NCBI GenBank assembly: GCA_041690355.1
Contig: JAWLHK010000006.1
Span: 186,001-250,000 of the forward strand
DNA length: 64,000 bases
Direction: 5' to 3'
Origin: a bacterium
Lineage (GTDB): Bacteria > J088 > JAWLBW01
Position 1 is the first letter of the stretch. Every line of letters begins with the position of its first letter. Positions 47,901-54,691 of the stretch are shown one piece after another. The notes below the pieces were generated by a model that saw only the letters and a list, made by a program, of their open reading frames with translations, made no database searches and was not told the origin of the DNA. The translations under genes and the position numbers were made by a program.

Positions 47901-50180
47901 TATCCGCTGCACGTTTCCGACGGCGGCACCGTGACCCTGGTGGGTCGTTACTTCGGTCCCGACGATCCCTTGAACGCCATCGAGGCCGGCGGTTATGTCC
48001 AGACGCCCATCGCCTGGAGCCCGACGGCCATTACGTTCGCCATCAGCACGCCGACGGGCGGTGTCTTCGCCGTGAGGGTCACGCCGTCGGGGAACGGGAT
48101 GTCGAACGACGTCGCCGTGCACAAGCGCGGCAACGACCAGTGGATACCGCTCACCGATGGTCTGCTGGCGCGCACGGCACATTCCGCCGTCTGGACCGGC
48201 GCCGAAATGATCGTCTGGGGCGGCGCCATGGGCAGCTACGAGGTGAATACGGGGGGGCGCTACAATCCGCTCACCGACACCTGGACACCGACGAAGAACA
48301 GCGAGTTCGGCGGCCAGCCCTCGCCGCGTCGCGACCATTCTGCCGTATGGAGCGGTGAAAAGATGCTGATCTTCGGCGGCTATGGCGGCGGCCTGCACCT
48401 CGATGATCTGTACGCCTACGATCCGGCGACCGACGTATGGGAGACGCTGCCCACGAATCCGTCGGGCGGCCGCAGCCGGCACGCGGCCGTCTGGACCGGC
48501 CGGCAAATGGTGGTCATCGGCGGCACCAACGGGTCGCCCCTTTCTGCGGTATCATCGTATGATCCGGGCACCTACACCTGGGGCAGCGATCTCGCGATGG
48601 CCGCCCCGCGTGAAGGCCACATTGCCGTGTGGACCGGCAAGGAGATTCTCGTCCACGGCGGCGGAGAATTCTCGCCGGGCTCGGCGCTCGAAATCATCGA
48701 CCCGTTCGGCTGGACCATCCAGAGCGGACCCGACAGCCTGGCCCCGCGGTCCGGGCATGTCGGCGTCTGGACCGGCAGCGAACTGATCGTCTGGGGCGGC
48801 ACGGATGCCGGACGGCTGAATTCGGGCGAGCGCTTCGACGGAACGACCTGGTCGGCCATCGAGTCTTCGCCGCTGGTCGCCCGTACCGGACACACAGCCG
48901 TCTGGGACGGCTCGGCCATGGTCGTCTGGGGCGGCGAAGACGACGGCGGCACGTTCCGCGCCGACGGCGCCCGGTACGAGCCGGGCATCGGCTGGTCGTT
49001 GCTGCCGACCGCGGGTGCTCCGGCAGGCCGCCGCGGACACACGGCGCTCTGGACGGGCGTCGAGATGCTCGTCTGGGGAGGCGAAGCGGGTTCGGCAGCC
49101 AGCCTTCATCTGGCGCCGTTCGGTGCCCGTTACAATCCGCAGGCAGACGTGTGGAACCCTGTTTCCAACCCCGAATCCATCGCGCCGCGCATGGAACACT
49201 CCGCTCTCTGGACGGGTGCCGAGATGATCGTCTGGGGGGGCATGGACGCCGTGGCGAACTCGGTCCTGAGTGACGGCGCCCGTTTCCTGCCGGCGAGCAA
49301 CACCTGGATGCCCATCGCCGCCACCGGGCCCACCGGGCGTACGGCGCACACGGCGGTCTGGGCCGCTGACCGCATGCTGATTTTCGGCGGCTGGCTTGGC
49401 GCCGTACCCATCGGCGAAGGCTGGAGCTATGCGCCGGATACCGATTCCTGGACTCCGCTTCCGGGCACGAACGCGCCGTCGTCGCGTGGCAATCACTCGG
49501 CTGTGTGGACCGGAACCGACATGATCGTCTGGGGGGGCATGGACAACGGCTTCACCGAGGTCGGCGACGGGGCGCGCTTTCATGTCGCATCCGACCAGTG
49601 GTATCCGCTGGGAACGACCGGCGCTCCCGAAGCCCGCTACGATCACGCGGCCGTCTGGGCCGGCGATCGCATGCTGGTCTGGGGCGGACGGAATTCTTTC
49701 GTGCTCAATACGGGCGCCTATTACGATCCGGCCCAGGACGCATGGTTTGCGACACCTTTGACGGCGGTCCCCGAAGCGAGGTTGAATGCGAGCGCGGTAT
49801 GGACGGGTTCAGAAGTCCTGATCTGGGGCGGGAGTAACAATGTGTCGAGCCATGACACGGGCGCCCGGTGGGACCCTGCCGGCAATGCCTGGACGGCCAT
49901 GAGCACGGTGTTCCCCCCTGCGGCTCGCGAGCGCCACGCCGCCGTCTGGGCCGGAACCGCCATGGTGGTGTACGGGGGGGTGGATCTCGGCAGCACGCAT
50001 TACGGTGACGGCGGCGTTTATGATCCCGTGCAGGACACCTGGACGATGCTTCCGTGGAACAACCTCTATCCGCGTGCCGACGCTTCGGCGGTCTGGACGG
50101 GCAGCGAGGTCATCGTCTTCGGAGGGGGGAATTCTTCTGTCGGCGTCAGCTTCTCCGACGGCGCGATGTATCTTCCCTGA
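38922..50180 (+). CDS. Giant (3752 aa) multi-domain surface lipoprotein/adhesin: Ig-like and FN3 repeats, delta-60 propeller, IPT/TIG repeats, Kelch-like double propeller
   Basis: LSAA-C lipobox; repeated D..PP / RD.AGN Ig modules; SxDGGxxW FN3 loops; 7 QxDGxIVVAG...GxLDxxF repeats; 9 GxNFG IPT repeats; 14 RxxHxAVWTGxEMIVWGG repeats. Confidence 0.92.
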   Translation: MAPAKATARLLTGALLFFLSAACGGGEPGGLAFRAHFPDHVSFGDTRGDLRPAAYRTAGYDTAVTLSTVRVLLARDGAVVKTETFSAAAREAELIGIEPGMYQVTVEGLVGATVVVRDRKNGIHVPSATVADAGEFFLSPVKPRRPVLSAYPAPITNQAALVLEGTKEMYTGVSLGGRTVVAPDEKKTFRHDVRLAEGANALVLAAVNRLDEPGETLALNVTLDTQPPAISLLHLSNSATAVSTTAVTLELRAEGASAMKLSESTDFTGAVWQPFSAAPRFTLSATPGLKTIYALVRDRAGNVSERQSLVVTYDTTPPPAPQVGMAGGAVYSRTRTVVLQVAAAGATEVLVQEAGTAAGAWQALATQVPFTVSAGDGPKSLLVRVRDAAGNISQASGVEVTLDATPPSTPGAPVFNANPVTGPVSFSWTPATDVTSGVKQYVYQYSADGGSVWGGNLVAVGTSAGIVLDFSGTYLFRVAAVDFAGSTGPWSVNSVPLVVSDSAPTAPGTPTFAANPVSGPTIVSWTAATDPGSNIELYQLETSIDGGTTWQLVLTTASTSGQLTPEVEGTLLVRVRAINALAVSGPYSTEAALTVDLTPPVLESISIGGGGFTNVPLITVTLPAFQALEYQLSEDPAFAGAVWAAFDPSPAFNLAPGDGSRTVYARVRDAVGHVSTVQSASVVLDTLSPGAPVGPSFSANPVSESVQINWSVVTDSGSGVEQYLVEESTDGVTFGSTLAVTGPTADIFYFLTSQTLYYRVQAVDRAGNAGSWSTVIGPLTVDRSPPSAPGVPALSTTLTNTSVSLTWDPAVDVDTAIVSYDIEKTVDGGATWFPLGSTAGTSFTYSVSVPGQLQFRVRARDQVGHVGAYSTSSAPLAVDLTDPVVSLFEINGTPAFVGMLSVDLNMDASDDTGVEQFEIANDAGFQFAQAVSYQTSYLGWALGGGDGVQTIYLRARDGAGNYSAVVSTTTILDTTPPASVANIGFSANPVSDTVTLTWSGGSDTGSGFASFNVERSDDGGATWGLFGVPTTPSFLEEAMVDGDYTYRIAAEDAVGNVGAPSLSGLLVVDTLEPVFSGAVSFSSNPVTGSVQLVWPSASDDRGTIAGYDVGRSADGGATWVYVARDLAGTSYIDTGIPAGEYMYRIRARDPAGNGTYLLSGLLTADDGPPPAPDAPVASATVTNSPMITVSWNAVTDPTGIANYDVEQTSDGGSIWNPVTTTASASIMTTLTDGVYGFRVRARDNSGQVSAWSSPSATVTVDTQMPDVVIDAPLPATWYGAGLMASGTATDFGSAGLTEVAYAVFDGALYYDGTGFSSGTPVWLPAAGLASWTADLSLLPPGSYTLEAQATDAAGNLSLVAQVSFGIDAAPPTCGVCATLTGDADTYATTSAVTLASDVVDDTTLEAMVTGDIADAFAGTWVAWEGTLGLTLTAGEGTKFVDVSFRDQAGNLSGPHSTSITFDETPPTAPEALSFTANPAGASYSVLWSASDGSWLPVADYEVERSVDGGASWTPLGTVVPTQYDETGMAHGTYVYRVRARDTLSRYSAFSLPATVSVDLQPPAVTMFDPYPQSYSFAPTVTGTAQDESALGVMQVEVNLSNGSLFWDGAAFTSPGIVWLAASGAESWSWPLPGLADGTYFVEARATDYANNIGAQSGPRPFTIDTLTPACSFCVAVEPMKGNYPFATETAVNLHFDVSGETGPVEMRITGDVTDPWAGTWVPYASPVSAMLTAGDGVKTVYAEFRDAAFNATGVYFDSVTLDTAGPSLFGITLAGGAVAVSEPTISLALSDSGGAALLAVTGETVEFQIRPYAPFTTTTLAYASAATFYNSGQAELIYDGVLQSDGKLVVAGSRYNGADGDMLLARFTPNGTLDAGFGAGGIVSLDIGGTNAADYAYAVTVQTDGRIVVAGSSGPSAFVARFTQNGSLDTLFSGDGKHFQNGGISSYFSAVQVQADGRILAAGTNVLASNENVYLMRFNTDGTPDNAFGSLGIAEVDLSPSSIDRAYGLALQADGRIVIAGRLDAGTSFVARLQSGGALDTSFNGTGVATMNPGGQSLFNEVAVQDDGFIVAVGQAQPATQFDATVARFTPEGGPDNGFADNGLFIHPFSAAADYAVDLSIDEKGIVVAGYGYGNGNDDYLVFRLRPNGQLDDKFGTQGHRWADMSGGTDNARAMVRLADGRMALIGDAAVSGNQDLVIAQLLPDGRPDGSYGMASDSLKTVWVRIADEAGNWSDPVSAAIDLDRAPPGGGIALPASATDALVSVNLLATDANGPIEMMLSGDITDPFRNTWIGYQSNITLTTTAGRGTKTVTVRFRDALGNTGPVKSDSTLLDVPESYTLGVTSGTGNEVVLISGAGYGALQGTGYVDIGGFSAIINSWSDTTIEFLVPEGVPAGPRDVMVVRDDGLDANLLPFDVRPSIISDLSGVVTGGDTFVASGTNFEAGLTATLDGNPVSISAVYSNEFHVTVDTAQEPGSWPLVATVNGRESNPYFIAIRPNIVSLDLSSAAGGDVVTITGHNFGAALGTVLVDAAPVVASYWDNTTITFTLPNETNPGSRVVMVEAGGEQSNTWGLNVAMTLVSALPNFASGNEQIAISGANFGATQGTVEFDGSPLSIVSWTSTVIEALLPPEPEAGPGTLSVTEGYAFSTTSMAYTMAARITEVTPVTVTPDDMIVIRGTNFGAVQGANTVDVGGISAGILFWGTREIQATVPNGIQPGTRFVSVDVAGAPSNTVALTVKPEVNYVSPGPGATGGENITISGAAFGDVMGSVTVGGISAPVASWSNYSISATVPTSVAAGWRDVVVTAAGQASPPWSYAIKPGVTALSPATGPVGTVVQILGHNFGPPVTGNAVEIYGVSVTPDTWTDTQITFTVPPLPNGLASVAVIVDFQYSQYLNFNVVPGVPVIDSAPATSQPNDTVIILGSHFGDFQGDSQVFFGGSQAFVNSWSDTSLEVVMPPYAAPGTLEVWVRTAGGESNRVPLEHQRPWIDHRYPLHVSDGGTVTLVGRYFGPDDPLNAIEAGGYVQTPIAWSPTAITFAISTPTGGVFAVRVTPSGNGMSNDVAVHKRGNDQWIPLTDGLLARTAHSAVWTGAEMIVWGGAMGSYEVNTGGRYNPLTDTWTPTKNSEFGGQPSPRRDHSAVWSGEKMLIFGGYGGGLHLDDLYAYDPATDVWETLPTNPSGGRSRHAAVWTGRQMVVIGGTNGSPLSAVSSYDPGTYTWGSDLAMAAPREGHIAVWTGKEILVHGGGEFSPGSALEIIDPFGWTIQSGPDSLAPRSGHVGVWTGSELIVWGGTDAGRLNSGERFDGTTWSAIESSPLVARTGHTAVWDGSAMVVWGGEDDGGTFRADGARYEPGIGWSLLPTAGAPAGRRGHTALWTGVEMLVWGGEAGSAASLHLAPFGARYNPQADVWNPVSNPESIAPRMEHSALWTGAEMIVWGGMDAVANSVLSDGARFLPASNTWMPIAATGPTGRTAHTAVWAADRMLIFGGWLGAVPIGEGWSYAPDTDSWTPLPGTNAPSSRGNHSAVWTGTDMIVWGGMDNGFTEVGDGARFHVASDQWYPLGTTGAPEARYDHAAVWAGDRMLVWGGRNSFVLNTGAYYDPAQDAWFATPLTAVPEARLNASAVWTGSEVLIWGGSNNVSSHDTGARWDPAGNAWTAMSTVFPPAARERHAAVWAGTAMVVYGGVDLGSTHYGDGGVYDPVQDTWTMLPWNNLYPRADASAVWTGSEVIVFGGGNSSVGVSFSDGAMYLP

Positions 50181-50250
50181 CCTGATCGGGCCTGAGCGGG
50201 GGCCTGAGCGCCTGAGCGGGGCCTGACCCGGCCTGGAGTCTGAGCCGGGG
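50176..50250. repeat. Degenerate short direct repeats (CCTGA[GCGGG]) after the giant gene stop
   Basis: CCTGA at 50176, 50181, 50191, 50203, 50211, 50222. Confidence 0.6.
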
Positions 50251-50319
50251 CGGGCGCAACATGAGCGGAGCCCGTCGGCGACGACGCGCTCCGCTTTTTC
50301 ATGCCGCGAATTCCGGCCT

Positions 50320-50733
50320 TCAGGGGCGTCGCTCTTCGGGCGGCAACGGTCCCGACTGCCTGGCAGAAGGCGGCGGCAGCCGCTGATCCCGGCCCGGCAT
50401 GCGCGCCGGCCCATGGTCTTCGGCCGTTGCCTGCCCGGCCCCTTCTTCGGGCCATGTCTGCTGGCCCCGGCCGGGGTCGGCGCCCGTGGGACCGCGCCGG
50501 TCTCCCGGTCGTTCGAGAACCGTCTTCCAGTTCTCCCGGCCCGAACGGCGGAACAGGAGCCCGGCGGCGAGAAGGCCGATGCTGAAGGCCAGACCGAAGA
50601 GAAACGCCGGAACGTCGCCTTCGATGAGTCCCACCACGCTCCACAGGCCGACAATCAGCGCCAGCGAGTAGAACATGATCCCTGAAATCAATCGTCCCCG
50701 CTGGCGGCGGGGTACCTGTCGATATTCAACCAC
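50320..50733 (-). CDS. Small hypothetical membrane protein
   Basis: Two TM helices (GIMFYSLALIVGLWSVVGLI; AFLFGLAFSIGLLAAGLLF); low-complexity tail. Confidence 0.55.
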   Translation of the reverse strand: MVEYRQVPRRQRGRLISGIMFYSLALIVGLWSVVGLIEGDVPAFLFGLAFSIGLLAAGLLFRRSGRENWKTVLERPGDRRGPTGADPGRGQQTWPEEGAGQATAEDHGPARMPGRDQRLPPPSARQSGPLPPEERRP

Positions 50734-50837
50734 GAGTTCACCCTGGCTCCATTGTCACCCGGTTTCGGCGGAAAGGGAGTGGTAAGCGGCAGGGGGACGC
50801 CCGGCCGCTTTCCATGAGCAGCGGGATATGCTTCCCG

Positions 50838-51425
50838 TCAGCCGCACTCGCCGCCGAGCAGTCCGGTGCGCAGACCGGGGTTCGGCGGATTCGGGCCGAT
50901 GAAGATGCGCATGAAGGTCTCGGCGAAGTCCTGATCGTCGATGACCCCGAGCTCCTGGCCGTTGCGGGTGACCTGCAGGCCGGCCTCGGGCCGATACGTG
51001 AAGCCGAGGTCGTCGCCCCGCTTGAGATCGACCATCCACGAGGTCAAGCGGTCGAGATCGGCCTGAAAGCGGCCCATGCTCTGCCCGGCGTTCTTGGCGA
51101 ACCCCTCGCGCCAGGCTTCGTTGATGTCCTTGCGGCCGACGTCGCGCACGAAGCTCAGGCTGAGGTGCCGCGGACTGTCTTCGAGGTCGAGCAGCTCGTT
51201 CGCCCCCTGAACGTCTCCGGGCGCATAGAGCCCGGCAACGTATACGTCGACGTTGAAGGCGGTCGCTTCGCGCAGGCCGAGCCCGTGCAGCGGCATCTCG
51301 GTGCCGCCGAGTTCAATCTGGTCGGGAAAGCGCACGCCGGCGCATTCCGCCGCGTGAACGGCCGCCGGGGCCGCCAAAAGGCAGATTCCCAAGGCAGCCG
51401 CCGCGATCCTGTGGCGTGAATTCAT
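50838..51425 (-). CDS. Chalcone isomerase-like (Chalcone_3) periplasmic protein
   Basis: Signal peptide; GVRFPD, LHGLGLRE..FNVDVYVAGLY, FMRIFIGPNP...LRTGLLG; AGGAGG SD. Confidence 0.88.
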   Translation of the reverse strand: MNSRHRIAAAALGICLLAAPAAVHAAECAGVRFPDQIELGGTEMPLHGLGLREATAFNVDVYVAGLYAPGDVQGANELLDLEDSPRHLSLSFVRDVGRKDINEAWREGFAKNAGQSMGRFQADLDRLTSWMVDLKRGDDLGFTYRPEAGLQVTRNGQELGVIDDQDFAETFMRIFIGPNPPNPGLRTGLLGGECG

Positions 51426-51666
51426 GATGAGATCCTCCTGGGCGCAGGCTCGCACTCGCGGTTTCGGGCGGCAACTCCGGTGCGCTCAGACCCCTTCCGC
51501 AGCCCGGCAGGGAGAGGCATCATGGGAACTGGACGGTAACCGGCCGGACAACGTGAGGGACGCCGCCGAAAGCGACCGTGCCCGCAGGCGGCTACAGGGA
51601 TACAATGCAGGGATCGCTTCTCCCGGCCTTGCGCGCCGGCGAGGGCGCTTCGAGGGAGTGAATGGC

Positions 51667-53067
51667 ATGATGCGAATGGACGCCGTCGTCGTCGGTGCGG
51701 GCACTGCGGGGAGCGCCGCGGCCTATCACCTGGCACGCAAGGGGCTGCGGGTTCTTCTGCTCGATCGCAGGGGGGCCGATGAAGCGGGCGCGTCCTGGGT
51801 CAACGGCGTCCCCCCGGGGATGTTCGAAGAGGCCGACATTCCGCTGCCCGAAGAACCGGAGCGGTGCGGGCACGCAGGGGCCTTTCACGTGCTCTCTCCC
51901 ACCGGCGATGCCCGCGTAACCGTACCGGAAAGTCCCGTGTGGCAGGTCGACATGCGCCTTCTGGTGCGCCGCCTGCAGCGCATGGCCCGCAGCGCCGGCG
52001 CCGAAGTGCGCTTCGGGATGCGGCCGGTGCGGCTCGAGGGGGACGCCAGACGCGGGCGCACCCTCGTCTGCCAGGCCGGTGACGGATCGCAGAAGACCCG
52101 GCTGCTGCGCATCGAAGCCCCCCTGTTTGTGGATGCCGGCGGCCTTGCCGGAGCGCTGGGCCGGTTGCGCCCGGGACGGCCGACGGCGCTGCCGCGCGAA
52201 GATCTCTGCGCCGCCGCGCAGGAGGTGCGCGTCATCCGCGACCGCGCCGGGGCCGAAGCCTTTCTCGAGGCCATGCGGGCCCGCCCGGGCGACGCCCTGG
52301 CGTGGACCGGTTTCGAGGGGGGCTACTCGACGCTCGCCGTCACCGTGACCCCCGACTTCGAAGAGGTGCATCTGCTTACGGGCGCCGCCGCGCTACCCGG
52401 TTTGCGCTCGGGAAAACGCATTCTCGACGACTTCGCGGCCGAACGGGACTGGGTCGGCGAGACGATCTTCGGCGGGGCAGGGGTCATCCCCATCTGCCGC
52501 TCGGCCGATCGCTTTGTCGAGCCGGGGATTGCCTCGATCGGCGACAGCGCCCTCCATGTCTTTCCGGCGCACGGCAGCGGTATCGGGAACGGTCTGGTGG
52601 CCGCGCGCCTTCTCGCCGAGGCCGTAGGCGAGGCGCTCAATCCGGGGTCGCCCGAGGTGCTCTGGGGCTACCAGTGTGCCTGGCAGCGCGGGCGGGGGGC
52701 GGTGGCCGCCGCCTACGACGAATTCCGCCGGTTTTCGCAAAGCGTTGCGCCCGGCGATCTGGCGGCCCTGATGGCCTCGGGCTTGCTGCAGGCTGAACTC
52801 GTGGCGGCCGGTCTGGCCCAGGAAATGCCGCGGATCACCCCCGCGCTGATCGCCCGCATGGCCCCCGCCGCGCGCCGGCGGCCGGATCTGGCCGGGCGCC
52901 TGCTGCCCGTGGTCGCACGCATGCGAGCGGTACACGCGCTGTACCGCCGATTTCCCAGACGCGACGGGTGGCGCTATGCGGCATGGCGCGAAGCGGTCAC
53001 GCGCCTGCGAACGCAGGGCGCCCCCGGAAAAGACCCCCTGCCGGAGATCGACGTCGAGGCGGCGTGA
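51667..53067 (+). CDS. FAD-dependent oxidoreductase, geranylgeranyl-reductase-like
   Basis: VVVGAGTAGSAAA Rossmann motif, VDAGG, IGDSA..FPAHGSGIG. Confidence 0.85.
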   Translation: MMRMDAVVVGAGTAGSAAAYHLARKGLRVLLLDRRGADEAGASWVNGVPPGMFEEADIPLPEEPERCGHAGAFHVLSPTGDARVTVPESPVWQVDMRLLVRRLQRMARSAGAEVRFGMRPVRLEGDARRGRTLVCQAGDGSQKTRLLRIEAPLFVDAGGLAGALGRLRPGRPTALPREDLCAAAQEVRVIRDRAGAEAFLEAMRARPGDALAWTGFEGGYSTLAVTVTPDFEEVHLLTGAAALPGLRSGKRILDDFAAERDWVGETIFGGAGVIPICRSADRFVEPGIASIGDSALHVFPAHGSGIGNGLVAARLLAEAVGEALNPGSPEVLWGYQCAWQRGRGAVAAAYDEFRRFSQSVAPGDLAALMASGLLQAELVAAGLAQEMPRITPALIARMAPAARRRPDLAGRLLPVVARMRAVHALYRRFPRRDGWRYAAWREAVTRLRTQGAPGKDPLPEIDVEAA

Positions 53068-53077
53068 CGGACCGGAC

Positions 53078-53656
53078 GTGACCGAAATGCCGGCCGCGCA
53101 GGAGATCGGGGGTCGCGGGCGCACTCTGGCGCGCCTGTTTCTGTGGGTCGCCTTTCCCCTGCAGACGCACCTGGGGCCCGGTTCAAAGGCGCTCCTTTTT
53201 CTTCACCAGTGGAGCTGGGGGCTTCTCAACACATTGGTGGGTCTCGCGGCCGGCGGCGTCGCGGTGATGCTGCTTCACGGGCGGGTCCGCCGGCGCCGGT
53301 CGGCCACGGTCGTGCTCGTTCCCGGGCGGCGTTGGTTCGGCGTCGCCCTCGGCCCGGTGCTGCTGGTCAGCGACCGGGTTCCCGCGCATGTCCTGGATCA
53401 CGAAACCGGCCACTGGTTGCAGAGCATCCTTCTGGGGCCGTTCTATTGGCCGGTGATCGGCCTGCCGAGCGTGCTGCATGCCCTCTGGTTCAGGCGTCAG
53501 AACAGGGCGCCGCTCGATTACTACCGCTTCTACACCGAGTCGTGGGCCGACCGCTGGGGCGGCGTGCGAACGGTCGGCGGCATTCGCCGTGCGCCTCCGA
53601 GTGCGACGCCATCCCGTGCAGAGGGGGCGACGCCCGGAGAGTCGGCGGATTCCTGA
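53078..53656 (+). CDS. Hypothetical membrane protein with HExxH motif
   Basis: WGLLNTLVG, HETGHWLQS..LGPFY..VIGLPS, YYRFYTESWADRWGG; start GTG 53078 or ATG 53087. Confidence 0.72.
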   Translation: MTEMPAAQEIGGRGRTLARLFLWVAFPLQTHLGPGSKALLFLHQWSWGLLNTLVGLAAGGVAVMLLHGRVRRRRSATVVLVPGRRWFGVALGPVLLVSDRVPAHVLDHETGHWLQSILLGPFYWPVIGLPSVLHALWFRRQNRAPLDYYRFYTESWADRWGGVRTVGGIRRAPPSATPSRAEGATPGESADS

Positions 53657-53772
53657 CGGGGCCTTGCGCTCACGCCGACCATCGGGCCTTGTTCATCATG
53701 GGTTCGGTCACGCGCATGGACACACGGAAACCGTTTCCGCTTGTTTTCAGCGCGCCAGAGGGAGACCCGAAG

Positions 53773-54411
53773 ATGGCCGAAAAAGCCCATCGTACGGCGG
53801 CGACCGTTCACAAGCTCAAAGAGAGCGATACGGAATCGTTCTACCAGGTGTTCGACGCGGCCATCTCTGCGCTCGACCGCGCCCGCATCATGTATCTGGT
53901 CGGTGGCGGAATTGCGGCCAAGGCGTTCGGCCGCGAGCGCACGACCCATGACATCGATTTCTTCGTCAAGCCTGCCGACGCCGAACGTTCGCTCGACGCG
54001 CTCGCGAATGCGGGATTCGACACTGAAATGACGAATCCCAAGTGGCTCTTCAAGGCCTTCAAGGAAGAAGTGATGGTCGACATCATCTTCGCCTCGACGG
54101 GCGAGATCCGCGTCGACGACCGGATGATGGAGCATTCGCGCATCTCTGACTTCGCCGGGCGTCACGTGCGCACGCTGCCGCCCGAGGATCTGCTCATGAT
54201 GAAAATCATGATTACCGACGAAGACATGCCGCGCCACTGGCACGACGCCCTCGGGGTTATCCGCTGGATCGAAGTGGACTGGGAGTACCTGCTCAGCCGT
54301 GCACGCTACGGCCCCCGCCGGCTGCTCAGTCTGCTGCTGTTCGCCCAGAGCATGGATCTGCAGGTGCCCAACCGCGTCATTCAACGCCTTTTCCGCATGG
54401 TCTACGAGTGA
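53773..54411 (+). CDS. Pol-beta superfamily nucleotidyltransferase
   Basis: YLVGGGIA...RTTHDIDFFV (GG + DxD), VDIIF, PEDLLMMK. Confidence 0.88.
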   Translation: MAEKAHRTAATVHKLKESDTESFYQVFDAAISALDRARIMYLVGGGIAAKAFGRERTTHDIDFFVKPADAERSLDALANAGFDTEMTNPKWLFKAFKEEVMVDIIFASTGEIRVDDRMMEHSRISDFAGRHVRTLPPEDLLMMKIMITDEDMPRHWHDALGVIRWIEVDWEYLLSRARYGPRRLLSLLLFAQSMDLQVPNRVIQRLFRMVYE

Positions 54412-54421
54412 GGGGCGCACC

Positions 54422-54691
54422 ATGACATCGAGCGATTACCTGGTCGCGCACCTGCGCGAGGCTCTGGCCGCCCATCCGGATGTGGGCATGCTCGATCTCT
54501 ACCTCGAGGTCACGGATCGGTCTGTTCATGTGTCGGGGGTCGTCGATTGCGAGAGCAAGCGCGATGCGGCCCTGGCCCTCGTGCGCCGGATGGCGGCTCC
54601 CCGGGAGGTGGTCGACAACACGAAGCTGCTCAATCTTCTTCCTTCGGAACCCCCCGAGGTCCTGCATGATCCGTCTGGCGGCCATCGCTGA
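54422..54691 (+). CDS. Small BON-like domain protein
   Basis: LREALAAHPDVGMLDLYLEVTDRSVHVSGVV...VVDNTKL; no signal peptide. Confidence 0.78.
   Translation: MTSSDYLVAHLREALAAHPDVGMLDLYLEVTDRSVHVSGVVDCESKRDAALALVRRMAAPREVVDNTKLLNLLPSEPPEVLHDPSGGHR

Noticed and set aside
48130-50177. Regularly spaced DNA repeats (GTCTGGACCGGC / GTCTGGGGCGG) as a CRISPR array or DGR target
   Set aside because: They are in-frame codons of Kelch-like protein repeats; no cas or reverse transcriptase genes and no TR/VR pair
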